Below are positions 52,399-64,000 of a stretch of 64,000 bases of DNA, in pieces. Source of the DNA: Lepidodermella squamata. Taxonomy: Eukaryota > Animalia > Gastrotricha. The position numbers and the translations under genes were made by a program. The DNA lies in the NCBI GenBank assembly GCA_047495785.1, contig JBLDXI010000025.1, positions 868,001 to 932,000 of the forward strand. The letters are read 5' to 3'. Numbering within the stretch: position 1 is the stretch's first letter; every line of letters begins with the position of its first letter. Below the pieces are notes generated by a model that worked only from the letters and a program-made list of their open reading frames with translations, did no database searches and was not told where the DNA came from.

Positions 52399-54943
52399 TC
52401 ACTGTTTTCCTGCTAATAACAGGACTTGATGCTTCAAGTCATCCGAAATATCCGTGTCCATAATGTCGATGGGCGTTTTTCCTTCGGAGTTTTTGGCTTG
52501 TAACAAGGCTTTCGCGTCAGGGCATTTGAGCAAGACTTGAATCATGGAATAGCTTTGAACGTTTTGCAAAGCAGAATGCATGACGTTATTACCCTTAGCC
52601 GACAAAATGTTAAATTTCGCTCCTTTTCGCAACAGGAGTTCGACAGTTTCGGCAACACCGTCGGTTGCCGCCACAAGCAATGGGGTTAGAGAGTATTCGT
52701 TTTTGGTCACTTCTTCAACAGAAAACTGATAATTTTCGAGCAAATAAGCTACGCAATCGCTGCCAGTAGGCTCTGAGCAAGCGAAATGAAGAGCCGAGAA
52801 GCCATATCCGTCCCGTTCCTTCAACATATCTGGGCAGCGGTCGATAGCAAATTCCAGCATGGATAGATTTCCAGATGATGCAGCGCAATGTATCAAATTT
52901 TCATGATTGTCCGACTTGGCTCTGACATCTGCGCCGCATTCATCGAGCAGGAATCGAACGGCGTCAACCTGGCCTGAGAAAGCGGCGCGAAGAAGCGCAC
53001 ATCGACCCTTCGCTTTGTCTTTAACGACCTTCTTTGAGAAGTTTAATAAAACCCTGGCGACTTCGATTCGACCATTCTCAACTGCGACAATAAAAGGCGT
53101 TTTATCTTCGACATCACAAAAGTTGATCAAATCAGGCGATTTATCGAGTAAGAATTTAACAACGTCGACATGTCCGTTCTTGGCAGCGCAGTTTATTGCA
53201 ATATTCTCCATCAGCTCATCTGAGGTCGCATATAGCAGTTCCACGATGTTGAGATGGCCTTCTTTGCAGGCGAGTGTGAAAGCTGTATCGTCGTCATCTG
53301 TGGAGTTCTCCAAGTCTGCCAGGTCCCTTTCGAGCAACAGCTTAACAGTATTGTAAGCCCCATCGGCAGAAGCTGAGCAAAGCAGATCGAAACCCTCTTC
53401 CATTTCGATGTCAGCTAGTTCAGGCTCGATTTCTAACAGGAAATTGACGATATCTGGATGTGAGATGGCAAGATGGCAGGCTGTTTCTTCGGTCGAATAA
53501 GCCTGGGCGAGCAAATTTGGTTTCAGTTTTTTGACAATCAACCGGACGCATTCCAGAGATCCAGCCTCAGCCGCCTGGAGCAGAAGCGTCGTTCTATCAT
53601 CAGAACGGTCAGGATGATCGCCGACTAGCTTGCGACACTGTGGAGGTAGCTGAGAGATCAAGCTGGAAAGCCTATCAAAATCACCCATTTTAGCTGCGTC
53701 ATGGAATTCTTGGTACTGGAAATCCTTTTGAAAAAAAACACGCTTAGTATAAGCATAGGATTTTAATAACTCGGCACCTTCATCGTTGCATTGTCATCAG
53801 TAATACCAGGAGGCATTTTGAGAGTAACTTTACAGCTTTCATCTAGCAAGCTCTTGATCTTCTGTGCGACAGCAGGATCCCACAGCAGTGAAATTTCGGG
53901 ATCCTTCAACTTGTTTCTGGCACATACTCTTGCCACCTAAAATGACAAAAATTAAGCTTGATACTGTTGAAAAAATTGCGTCATACATTCATCGATTGAT
54001 CTAAGATTGTTTTATGAGTTCTGATGAATAGATCAGCAGGGTTCTCAAGCAATGATTTTTTATTCGCTTTCGCCAACAAAGCAAGGCTTGCAGACAGCTG
54101 ACCTCGCATGGCCTCAAAGTCAGACAACGGATTCATGGAATCAACTGCTTGTTGCTGCATTTGTTTCAGTGTTGCACGTAGATTCTCACGATGTTCTACC
54201 ACAACGGCTTGAAAATTTTCGATCAAGGCAGAACATGAATCTAGGATTTGCTGATCAAGCCGCTCAACGTTTTCAGCGATCTGCTTCTTTGAAGAGTTGG
54301 CGCGAATAGAACACTCCTCAACAGCTAATTCGAACCGTTCTTTCAGCTGTAATAGTCTAATTTGAAGCGGCGGAAAGAGGAACAAATACATACCCTAAAA
54401 CCAGCCAAATCGAACTCCTGCCGGATTTTTTCCATATGCAAAGCGAAGCAGGATGGACAGAAGGACTGATTGCAATGATCGCAGTGCTTCAAGTCTGCTT
54501 TGACTGTGAATGGGGCATGGGTGCAGTTTTCGCCTATTTTGGCCCGCTTAGCGTTGGTCCCCTCGGTTGTTAAGACTTCAATTGCTCGTTTCACAGCATA
54601 ATTATCGCTTAGTGCTTTGAATTACATAAAATGATTCATCTTCAAACATAAGAAAATACGATGATATTCACCTTTCAGTCCGGCTGTAGGTAAAATTTGC
54701 TCCTGACGGCATTCGGGGCAGATTAGAGGCCCTCCTTTAGCAGCTTTTTTGTAGACGTCCTTCAAGCAATCCAGGCAGAAGGTATGACCGCATTTCGGTA
54801 GAGATTTTGGATGTTTAAGCAGCTCGAGGCAGACAGCGCAGCTAAGGGCCTATCACAAAAGCTCTATCTAAAATGATATTGATGTTCGGGCATAAACTCA
54901 CGGCAACAATGTTGCGGTCATCATTTTTGGATACCGGTTTCAT
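52399..54943 (-). CDS. RING-Bbox-like-coiled coil-ankyrin repeat protein, subtype B, apparently intact (6 exons)
   Basis: Conserved exon structure with frame maintained across all five introns; 429-aa ankyrin ORF. Confidence 0.82.
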
Positions 54944-55132
54944 TCGAGTAAATTAATAGTCTAGCTTTTCAAGAAGCCAAAATATCGGCAGAGATAATTT
55001 TAAATCGATTTCAGAGCTCAATAGGTTCAACAATGGTATAATGAAAAAAGTCCGGTCCACCGTAAATGAGACAATGATCAATTTTCACGGAAAGCTATAT
55101 TTTTAAAGTTAGCAACGGATAACAGTCTCAGA

Positions 55133-57696
55133 TCAATTTTTTCCAGCCAATGAAGTCAATTGACGTTTCAAATCCTCCTGCAGACCTTGGTCCATAACTT
55201 CGATGGGAGTTTTTCCATCCGAGTTCTTGGCTTGCAACAAAGCTTTTACGCCAGGGTGTTTGAGCAAACCTTGAACAACGTCATCGTTTCCAGCTTTTCT
55301 CACAGCCACATGCATCACGTTGTTACAATTAGACGACAAACTATCAATTTTCGCGCCTTTTTGTAGCAACAGTTCAACTGTTGCAGCAGCGCCATTTTCT
55401 GCCGCTATATGCAACGGGGCTTCAGCCGACTCGCACTTGGTCAGGTCATCAACTGTAAACGGATGGTTTTCGAGCAAATAAGCTACGCATTTGCTGCCAT
55501 TACTATCAATGCAACTGAGGTGAAGAGATGAGTAGCCATAGCCATCCGTGTCCATGACCATAGTTGGGTAGCGTTCTACAGCCCATTTCAGCATAGCCAA
55601 ATTACCTGATAAAGCAGCGCAATGAATCAAATTTTCGTTATCGTCAGACTTGGATTCGACATCCGCATTGCACTCATCTATCAAGAATTTAACAGTGTCA
55701 AAGTGTCCCTCGGCGGCAGCGTGAAGCAGTGCACAGCGATGACTCTCGGCTTTATCGTTCAAAACTTCCTTCGAGAACTCAAACATAGCCCTAGCAGCTT
55801 CGATTTTGCCCGTTTCAACTGAGACAAAAAAAGGAGTTTTATCATCGCTATCCCGGGATTTAATTTCATCCGGCGACTTTTCCAGAATGAACTTGATGAT
55901 GTCGACATGCCCATTCCGAGCTGCGCAATGTATCACACAATCCACAATCACCGTCTCCGACTTCGAATATAACAGCTCCACTATGTCGAGGCGGCCATTT
56001 TTGCAGGCGAGAGTGACTGCCGTGTCACCATTGTCTGTAGTGTTATCCAGGTCTACCAGGTTCTTCTCGATCAATAACTTGACAGTATCGCACGCGCCTC
56101 TGTCCGCAGCCAGACATAATAGATCCCAACCACCATCCGACTCGATTTCAGCCAGTTCAGGTTCAATTTCTAATAGAAAATCGACAATGTCTGGATGCGA
56201 GATGGCGAGATGGCAGGCAGTTTCTTCGGTTAAATCAGATTGAGCGAACAAATTCGGCTTCAATTTCTTGACAATCAATCGGACGCATTCGAGAGATCCA
56301 GCCGCAGCCGCCTGGAGGAGAAGTGTTTTTCCGTCATCAGAGCAGTCAGGATGATCAGCAACCAGCCTACGACATTGCGGCGCTAGCTGCGAGATCAAGC
56401 TTGACAGTCTATTGAGGTCACCGGATTTCGCCGCTTCGTGAAACTCCTCATGCTGAAAGTCCTATTCGGCACACATCGGTTTGATATGTAGCAGCATATT
56501 TCTGTGACTGTACCTTCATTGCGTTGTCATCAATGACAGTTGCCGGAGCTTGTTTCAAGTTAACTTGACAGCATTCATCGAGCAAGCGTTTGATCTGTTG
56601 CGCGACAGCAGGTTCCCATCGCAAAGAAATTTCCGGTTCCTCCAACTTACTCATGGCGCAAACTCTTGCCACCTAATATCAAAAATAATAATACACCCGT
56701 AAATAAAACACCTACGTACATTTTTCGACTGATCTAAGATCGTTTTGTGAGCTCGTAGAAAAAGATCGGCGGGATTTTCTAGCAGCGTTTTTTTGTTCGC
56801 TTTCGAAAGCAACGCAATGCCCTTCGATAGCTGACTTTCCATCGCCTCGAACTCCGCCGTCGGATTGATTGAGTTCAAAGCTTCATGTCGCATCTGCTTC
56901 AAAGTACTACGAAGATTAGAGCCAAGTTCGACAACGATTGCTTCCAATGATTCAATCAATGCAGTGCACGATGCTTGAATTTTCTGATCGAGCTGTTCCA
57001 CCTTTTCATTTAATTCTTTTGCTTTCGATTTGGCTCGAAGCGAGCAACCATCAACGGCCGATGCAAATCGTTCTTTCAGCTGCGAGAGAATTGTTCAAAG
57101 ATAGGAAAACCAAAAATATGCGGTGTCATACCCTAAAACCAGCCAAATTGAACTCCTGTCGGATTTTTTCCATGTGAAGAGCAAAGCAGGCCGGACAAAA
57201 TTTTTGGTTGCAATGGTCGCAATGGTTAAGATCCTTTTTCACCGTGAACGGAGCATGGGAACAGCTCTCGCCAATTTTGGTTCGATCGCCGTTGCTCTCC
57301 TCAGTTTTTATTACTTCAATTGCTCGTAAAACTGCATAGTTATTGCTAAGCGCTTTACAGTTTGAGGGAGAGAAAATAAGATCCGAAAAGAATAAAGAAA
57401 TAATAGGCTACCTCTTAGTCCAGTATAACCGGCAGGGGATAAAATCACCTCCTGACGGCATTCAGGGCACGATAATGCAGCCCCTTTGGGAACTTTCTTG
57501 TAGATATCCATTAGACAATCGAGACAGAAGGTGTGACCACATTTTGGTAGAGATTTTGGGTGTCTGAGCAGCTCGAGGCAGACAGCGCAGCTAAGGGCCT
57601 ATCACAAACGCCTAATTTCAAAACTGTTTTTTGCTAATTAGGACATTAACTCACGGAAACAATGCTGCGGTCATCACTCTTGGTAAACGATTTCAT
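55133..57696 (-). CDS. RING-Bbox-like-coiled coil-ankyrin repeat protein, subtype B, apparently intact (6 exons)
   Basis: MKSFTKSDDRSIVS exon 1, then RING, B-box-like, coiled coil and a 421-aa ankyrin ORF. Confidence 0.82.
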
Positions 57697-57792
57697 TCGT
57701 GCAAAATAATAGTCTAGCTTTCCAAACAGCCACGCATTTAGTAGAGATCATTTTACAACAATTTCAGAACTCAACAGGTTCGGCAATGGCAT

Positions 57793-57892
57793 CGTCACTT
57801 TGCGTTTGAAAGAAGCCACTCAATCATTATTATTCATAAGAAATCCATCAAGAGCATTTAAAATAGTGGCTCCTTTCAAACGCAATGCGACG
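57793..57892. mobile_element. 100-bp MITE, same family as 60927-61263
   Basis: TIR CGTC(A/G)C(T/A)TTGCGTTTGAAAG..GCCACT; flanks GCAT/GTAT. The paralogous spacer at ~55035 lacks it. Confidence 0.75.
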
Positions 57893-58075
57893 GTATAAGT
57901 TACATAAAACTTACACAACTCAGACTTGACTTATTATAGGGAGTAAAATCGCAGTTCCCAATCATCACCTCTCCTATAACTGACGCGAAACCGCACATTG
58001 CGCAACAACACCAGAAAAATATGCCACAAGCTTCCGAACCATAAAAACATGAGGATTTAAGCAAAATCGATTATA

Positions 58076-60709
58076 TCATATCGTGTGAACAGGCAATGCA
58101 CGCAAGCATAACTTGTGCGGCTGATTGGACACCGATTCATTTTCAGCCAAGGACAACAGTTTATTTTTCACATCCTCTGGTAATTCCTGGTTCATCGCGT
58201 CGATAGGCGTTTTACCTTTCGAATTTTTGGCTGACAATAACGCTTTCGCATCAGGGTGTTTAAGAAGAAATTCAAGCACACCCTCATCACTGACACAATG
58301 TTTCAGGGCGCAATGCATCAAATTATAACCATCAGACGTTACAACATTAAAATCAGCGCCTCTTTGCAACAAAACTTCGACCGTGTGAACTATTTGATTA
58401 TTGACTGCCAAATACCGCGGTGACTTGCCACGTTCGCATTGAGTAACATCATGAACAGTAAACGGATAGTTATCCATTAGATATAAAACGCAACTAGGGT
58501 CCTCTGCCATACCGTAGCATGCGTTGTGAAGAGCCGAAAAGCCATATCCGTCATGGCTCATCAGCAGGTTGGGGCATCGCTCTATCGCAAATTTGAGCAT
58601 GTCTAAATGTCCGGAAAACGCGGCACAGTGAATCAAATTCTCGCCTTCTGCCGAGGTCGTTCCAGCATCAGCTCCACATTCGTCAATCAAAAACTTCGCA
58701 GACTCAACCTGGCCAGTGCGAGCAGCATATAATAATGCACATCGACCTTCGATCTCATCGCCTAGTACTTTTTCCGAGAAGTCAAAAATGGCCCTCATAA
58801 CTTCGATCTGTCTATTTTCAACTGCGGATAGGAAAAGCGTTCTATCTTGGTCATCACGGTGTTTGATCTCATGCGGTAACTTTTCCAGGAGGAATTTAAC
58901 CACATCGGCATGTCCGTTCAAAGCAGCGCAGTGAATAGGACTTGGCTTTTCAAAGTTGAATATCTGGTCATCAAGGCTAGCAAGCGTGCAACCTGTATTG
59001 CTGCAATCCGAACGGTGCTCCAAGTCGACCATGTTATTTTCGAAAAGCAGCTTCAGAGTCTCTAGTGAGCCCTTCGCAGCAGCGTGGCAAAACAGGTCGA
59101 ACCGATCATATGACTCAATTTTTGCTAGTTTGGGCTCAATTTCCAGGAGGAATTCAACAATCTCTGGATGTGAAACGGCAATATGACAAGCAGATTCCCC
59201 GTTAGCACAGTCTCGTACCAGTAGTTTAGGTTTCAACTTAGTGACGATTAGGCGGATGCATGATAAAGATCCAGCTGCAGCAGCTTGGAGGAACAGGGTG
59301 TTGTAGTCATCCGTGAAGTCTGGATGATCAGCAATCAACTCACGGCATTGTGATGGCAGTTGGGAAATCAACGTGGCAAATTTTTCAAAGTCACCATGTT
59401 TCGCGGCTTCGTGGAATTCTTGATACCGAAAGCCCTGAGCAAATTTACATGAAAATATCAGATCGAAAAAAAGACTAAACAGAAGTTTCAAATCAGAAAC
59501 AAGGCTGCGGAAAAATACCTTAACAGTTTCTTCATCATCCGAAATAACCGGGGGAGGATCTAATACCAATTTACAGCTTCCATTCAACAAGTCGTTGACC
59601 TTCATCAAGAGATCTGGGTCCTGCATCAGTGAAATTGCCGGGCCCTTCGACTTGCTACCAGCATATACCTTGGCAACCTGAATTTGGAAAATACGGAATC
59701 GTCATAAAATGAGGTGATACTAATTATAATACTTTCTTAGACTGATCTGATATTGCTTTATGGGTCCGAAGGATTAAATCGATAGGACCTTTAAGCATCG
59801 ATTTCTTGTTCGCTTTCGCGAGTAACGTCACGCTTTCTGAAATAGAACTGCGCAACGCCTCTAAATCAGCAGTTGGGTGCATGGAATCAACGGCTTGTTG
59901 CCGCATTTGCTTCAGTGTAGCGCGTAGATTCTCGCGATGTTCAACAACAACAGCTTGAAATGATCCCATCAATGCAGCACATGAAGCTTGGATTTGCATA
60001 TCCAGCTGCTCAACGATTTCATCTATTTTCTTAGTTTCGGATTTAGTTCGAATCAGAGACTGCTCCACAGCCGACTCGAACCGTTCTTTAAGCTGAGGGA
60101 ATTCAATCAAAGCAATTCGTTTTCGCGAAATGAAACATACCCTAAAACCGGTCAAGTTAAATTCCTGCCGGATTCTTTCCAAGTGCAGCGCAAAGCAGGA
60201 TGGACATAATACTTGATTACAGTGATCGCAGTGCTTCAAGTCGCTTTTAGAAGTAAACGAGGCGTGAACGCAAGCATCGCCAATTCGGGCTCGTTTTGCG
60301 TTATTGGCTTTCACTTCACTTGTTATAACATCAACCGCTCGTTTTACAGCATAGTTATCTTTCAGTGCTGTGAATTCAGGAGAGAAAACCGTAACCCAGC
60401 AATTTCATGGGGTACAATTTTAACCTTTCAATCCGCCTAAACCGTGCACAGGTAACTTCTGCTCGCTACGGCATTCAGGGCACGACAATGCATCACTTTT
60501 TGCCACTTTTTCGTAGATCTGCTTCAAGCAATTCATGCAGAAAGTATGGCCACATTGAGGTAGGGTTTTCGGATTCTTAAGCAGTCCGAGGCAAACAGAA
60601 CAACTGAGAGCCTTCAAATAGCAAGACGTTTCATCCAAGTCAATTAAAAAAATGAAGGTAAACTCACCGCAAAAATATTCTGCTTTTCGTTCTTGGCGAC
60701 CGATGACAT
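58076..60709 (-). CDS. RING-Bbox-like-coiled coil-ankyrin repeat protein, subtype B, apparently intact, 777 aa; exons 60709-60668, 60611-60425, 60367-60141, 60092-59733, 59677-59519, 59434-58076
   Basis: GT..AG introns give a single frame. RING CSVC...CGHTFCMNC...CPEC; Zn motif CVH...CDHC-x4-CPSC-x3-H. Confidence 0.85.
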
Positions 60710-60926
60710 GACAAACACTCTAACAACCCTAATTCTAATTATTTTCGAAAATATTGCAAATGCCGAGTTATAGCGCAATATACACCAGCAGTTTATTATT
60801 TTAAAAACTTTCAGTCAGACCATAGCTCAGCTTTTCAAAACTAAATTTGTAGAATATAATAAAGGTGACTTTGCCACGCAGGATAGCAAGCAGCAAAGCT
60901 CTCACGACTATATTGGGTGAAGATAG

Positions 60927-61263
60927 CGTCGCGTTGCGTTTGAAAGGGGCCGCTCTCGAAATGATCTATACAATGATCGGCTTAAAAAACGGCACTTTAT
61001 TAGCTGATTCCCATAGCGGGCGCGACGGTTAGCGAGAGTAGCAATAAAAAAATACTGTCACTTGGTGGCGATAATATAAGTGAAACACCATTAGAACAAA
61101 TTCAAGCTTCGAATGACCCCGAAAGTAATCATGTTTTTACCAACTGCGACTTAGGGTAGATCATCTCGAGAGTAACAATGTAAATTTTGGGTCAGATTCG
61201 GTTTTTCTACTATATTGAAACAATAATAAAAACATAGCGGCCCCTTTCAAACGCAACGTGACG
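60927..61263. mobile_element. 337-bp MITE
   Basis: 28-bp near-perfect TIR CGTCGCGTTGCGTTTGAAAGGGGCCGCT; flanks ATAG/AAAG. Confidence 0.8.
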
Positions 61264-61379
61264 AAAGGTATTCTTTGCGAATAATTTCAACATTGTTCCG
61301 AACATCATATTCATAGTTCCAATGTGGCTTCATGTTAAAATTTGACCAGTGTTTCTCCGTGGGTACTCCAATTCAAATA

Positions 61380-63900
61380 GCAATGATACCAACCCAAAAC
61401 GCTCGAAACGTGAATGCAGTTGCCGCACATCTCAGCTTAAATTGATCGCATCCACCGCTCGCTTTATAGCATAGTTGTCGCTCAGGGCTAAAAAATTGAA
61501 AACTGTTAGAAAAATATTGTTATGGATTTAGATTAGAAAAATATTAACTGTTAGAAAATTAGTGATAAACACGTGCTCGTCTGTATTTTTGTGAAGCGTC
61601 GGCCTACGCAAGGCCTGGCAGGCCTAGCGATGGAATTTAGGTCTAGGAGTGTGTGAAGCTCAACCTTCAAGGTGTCTAAGGTGGCCGGTCACAAAGGCGA
61701 TCAACCTGTCGCCCTACTAGTCATTAAAGCTGGTCAAAGTAGCCAAGTCAGTGGGAGCAAGAAAGCGAAGGCTCGAAAGCAACCTGTCACCAGAGAAGGC
61801 GATCAGTTCGATCAAACAGCGGTCCGGAGGAGGTACCACGTAGATTCAGCAGATAACCATTACCTATGAACTTACGTTCGGACGACCAAAGCAACGAAAT
61901 AGACGTCTAACAGGTCGATGATCGTTCAACTGTCGCTGGAAAATCCGGCAAAACTACACGTGCAGCCCGAGAAGCCGAGAAGCATTTCGCGAAGGAGGTC
62001 GAGTCATTTCAGGAAATAACATGGGTGCTACAACTAGGCGACATTTTCCGCAAATCTTCAACCCGGTCTGAGAAATGGCTGTCAGGAAGAAGGGAAAGCT
62101 CACAAATCTTTCGTGTTTGTGGAATGATTCGTTATAATCCAGCTGGAATACCTGACATCGCTTACGCTTCGTCGGATGCACACTGAGCCACGTTCCCTCA
62201 AAATTCGAGAACGATGATGACATTCGTGGCAGAAACTACTACAAGCAATCTCGCTGGAAAATCTCACCGTGGTACAAAGCTTTCAACCGTTTCGTTGCGG
62301 AAGCTGTGGCCAATATTCGGGCGGATGATTTGGCACAGGACGACTCTGTGTCGCCGATCACCCTCCAAAACAGTTGCGACATCCGCTATCTGCTGAAAAA
62401 TTTCATAAAGCACATACTTCCCCTTTTTCCACTGTGTTCGGTGTGTTTTATTTGCGGAGTTGCTGATTTTCGATAGTTTGTTTTGAAAGGAAATTAAATT
62501 ATCGCTAACAAAATTGCAGTGAAACCCAAAAACTCGCCAGCTCATTACACCAATGGTTGCGTTGAAGAGGCAATCAATCTAACGAAAAATGCTGAAATGC
62601 CCAGCGGTGCGTTGCCTTTGGCTCAGGCTATTCGTGTTCTAAGAGCGGCTCAGCGTCGCCGCTTTAAAGCAGCAACGATTCCCAACAAGCCGGAACAACC
62701 TCGAAAAGGGGAACAGGCGACAATACCACTGAAAAATGGCGCCGCAGCGCGAGGATGGGTAATAAGAAGAAAAACTTGCTGACCTATGGCAAAACCCTTT
62801 CGAAGCGACTTTTATCATCTGCAAACAAACTAGGAAATTTTTGCAAAAGCAGCCACTGCATTTGGATTCTATCGCAGATATTGAAGGGTTGCATTCAGAA
62901 GCGCAGGAATTACCTTCTCAATCAATTCCAAATCCATGCAAACCGCCCGCTGCGATGCGATCAATAAATGCAACAGGTTAGTGCAGTAATAAATGCAGAA
63001 ATAAATGTAAAATTTTCATAGCGTCAGTGTCGCCAAGCAGCAACTAGACCTGTCAAAGCGATATCTTCATCCAATTGCTTTCAGTGAACCTGGAATCGAC
63101 TCAGATGATAGTAGCTAGGGCAATGACGATGAGCCGCGCGAAGCGAACGACGAGAGAAGGTCTACGCGTCGCGGCTAAATTCATGACTGCACTTGTTTTA
63201 ATTTATATCTCATACTTATTTCAAGATTTTCGTTGTTTATTACCGATGACATGGTTTAGGGAGAAAACTCGCTGTTTCAATTCATGATAAATTGCTATAA
63301 TATCACCGGTATTCGGGGCAGGTATCCCAAATCGCACTATTTCAATTTTTCGCACGATTTCTCCGCAGCGGTGAGGACTTTTCGACAAATGAGCACGCAA
63401 TATGAAGGTAATTTTGTTAGCTACAAGTGTAAATGCTCGATTAGACGGCGTCGACGGCCTTGATACAGTGCGGCCGAGAGTGAAGTGGTTCAGATACTAT
63501 TCAGAATTAGGAGTTTTCGTCTTACTGAGAAATTCTGAAGTCTTCGCTTAGCTACCGTGGTAATCCCACTGGTAGTCTTCCGAGATATTTCCTTTCATTA
63601 ATAGGTATTTATGCCAAAAGTAAATAAATTATGAAACTAAAGCAAACGGGTCTACCTGTAACCCAGTCGAGCAGGCGGTCAGAAAAGCCTGTTCGACATA
63701 GCAGTGAATTCTCAAGACTCTTTCGCGACGTCGCTGAGTTGGATTGCATGGCAGCATGCAGGTATGGTTTTCGAATTGTTGGATAGCGAGGCACACGGCG
63801 CATCTCAGATCCTTCAGGAAAAAATGAAACACACTTTTATGGGTAAATAGGTAAAAACTCACCGACAACTATCCGATCATCATCTCTTTTAGGCGAAGGC
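61380..63900 (-). pseudogene. Degraded RING-family copy split by ~2 kb of foreign sequence
   Basis: Exon-1-like 'DDRIVV|GTGAG' at ~63862, 'DLRCAVCL' at ~63790-63810, and exon-3-like 'ALSDNYAIKRAVDAI' at ~61440-61487. Confidence 0.55.
62180..62790 (+). mobile_element. Possible degraded MULE-related (NOF/FB-like) transposase fragment
   Basis: Frameshifted motifs 'SPWYKAF...YLLKNFIKHILPFF' followed by 'HYTNGCVEEAINLTK'; similarity recalled from memory, not searched. Confidence 0.35.
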
Positions 63901-64000
63901 AATTTCGAATAAAAATTATCTAAATTGATTAATAAAACAGTATTTTTATACACATATAGCCGGCGAGTTTTTCTTCCATCATTTTCATCGTTTCTGAAAG

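Noticed and set aside
52907-53356. Plus-strand ORFs of 100-160 aa recurring opposite the ankyrin exons
   Set aside because: These are antisense shadows of coding sequence; they recur only because the sense genes are paralogous.
15715-59626. Ankyrin ORFs as stand-alone endosymbiont (Wolbachia-like) or viral ankyrin genes
   Set aside because: Each is the last exon of a spliced gene with conserved GT-AG introns linking it to RING exons.

Overview
Eukaryotic genomic DNA, most likely from an invertebrate animal. It has short (mostly ~50-110 bp) GT-AG introns and no prokaryotic operon or CRISPR features. Most of the window (~15.3-63.9 kb, minus strand) is a head-to-tail tandem array of 6-exon genes encoding C3HC4 RING + B-box-like Zn finger + coiled coil + C-terminal ankyrin repeats, a TRIM-like architecture ending in ankyrins. 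I can reconstruct 5 apparently intact copies and about 13 pseudogenised, deleted or chimeric copies. They fall into two subtypes that often alternate and are separated by only ~85-380 bp. Part of the array lies in a segmental duplication (~8.0-26.8 kb vs ~31.9-52.4 kb). Three small secreted PAN/apple-like genes are interspersed; their mature domains differ almost only by amino-acid-changing substitutions. An intronless class C (GABA-B-like) GPCR sits between the duplicated blocks. Left of the array are the 3' end of a Cys-rich gene, a ~1032-aa polyproline/46-aa-repeat + AIG1/GIMAP GTPase gene, and a MULE-like transposon carrying an intact, intron-containing piggyBac. Several MITEs and LINE fragments are also present. 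All calls were made by eye from the sequence and ORF track, without database searches.
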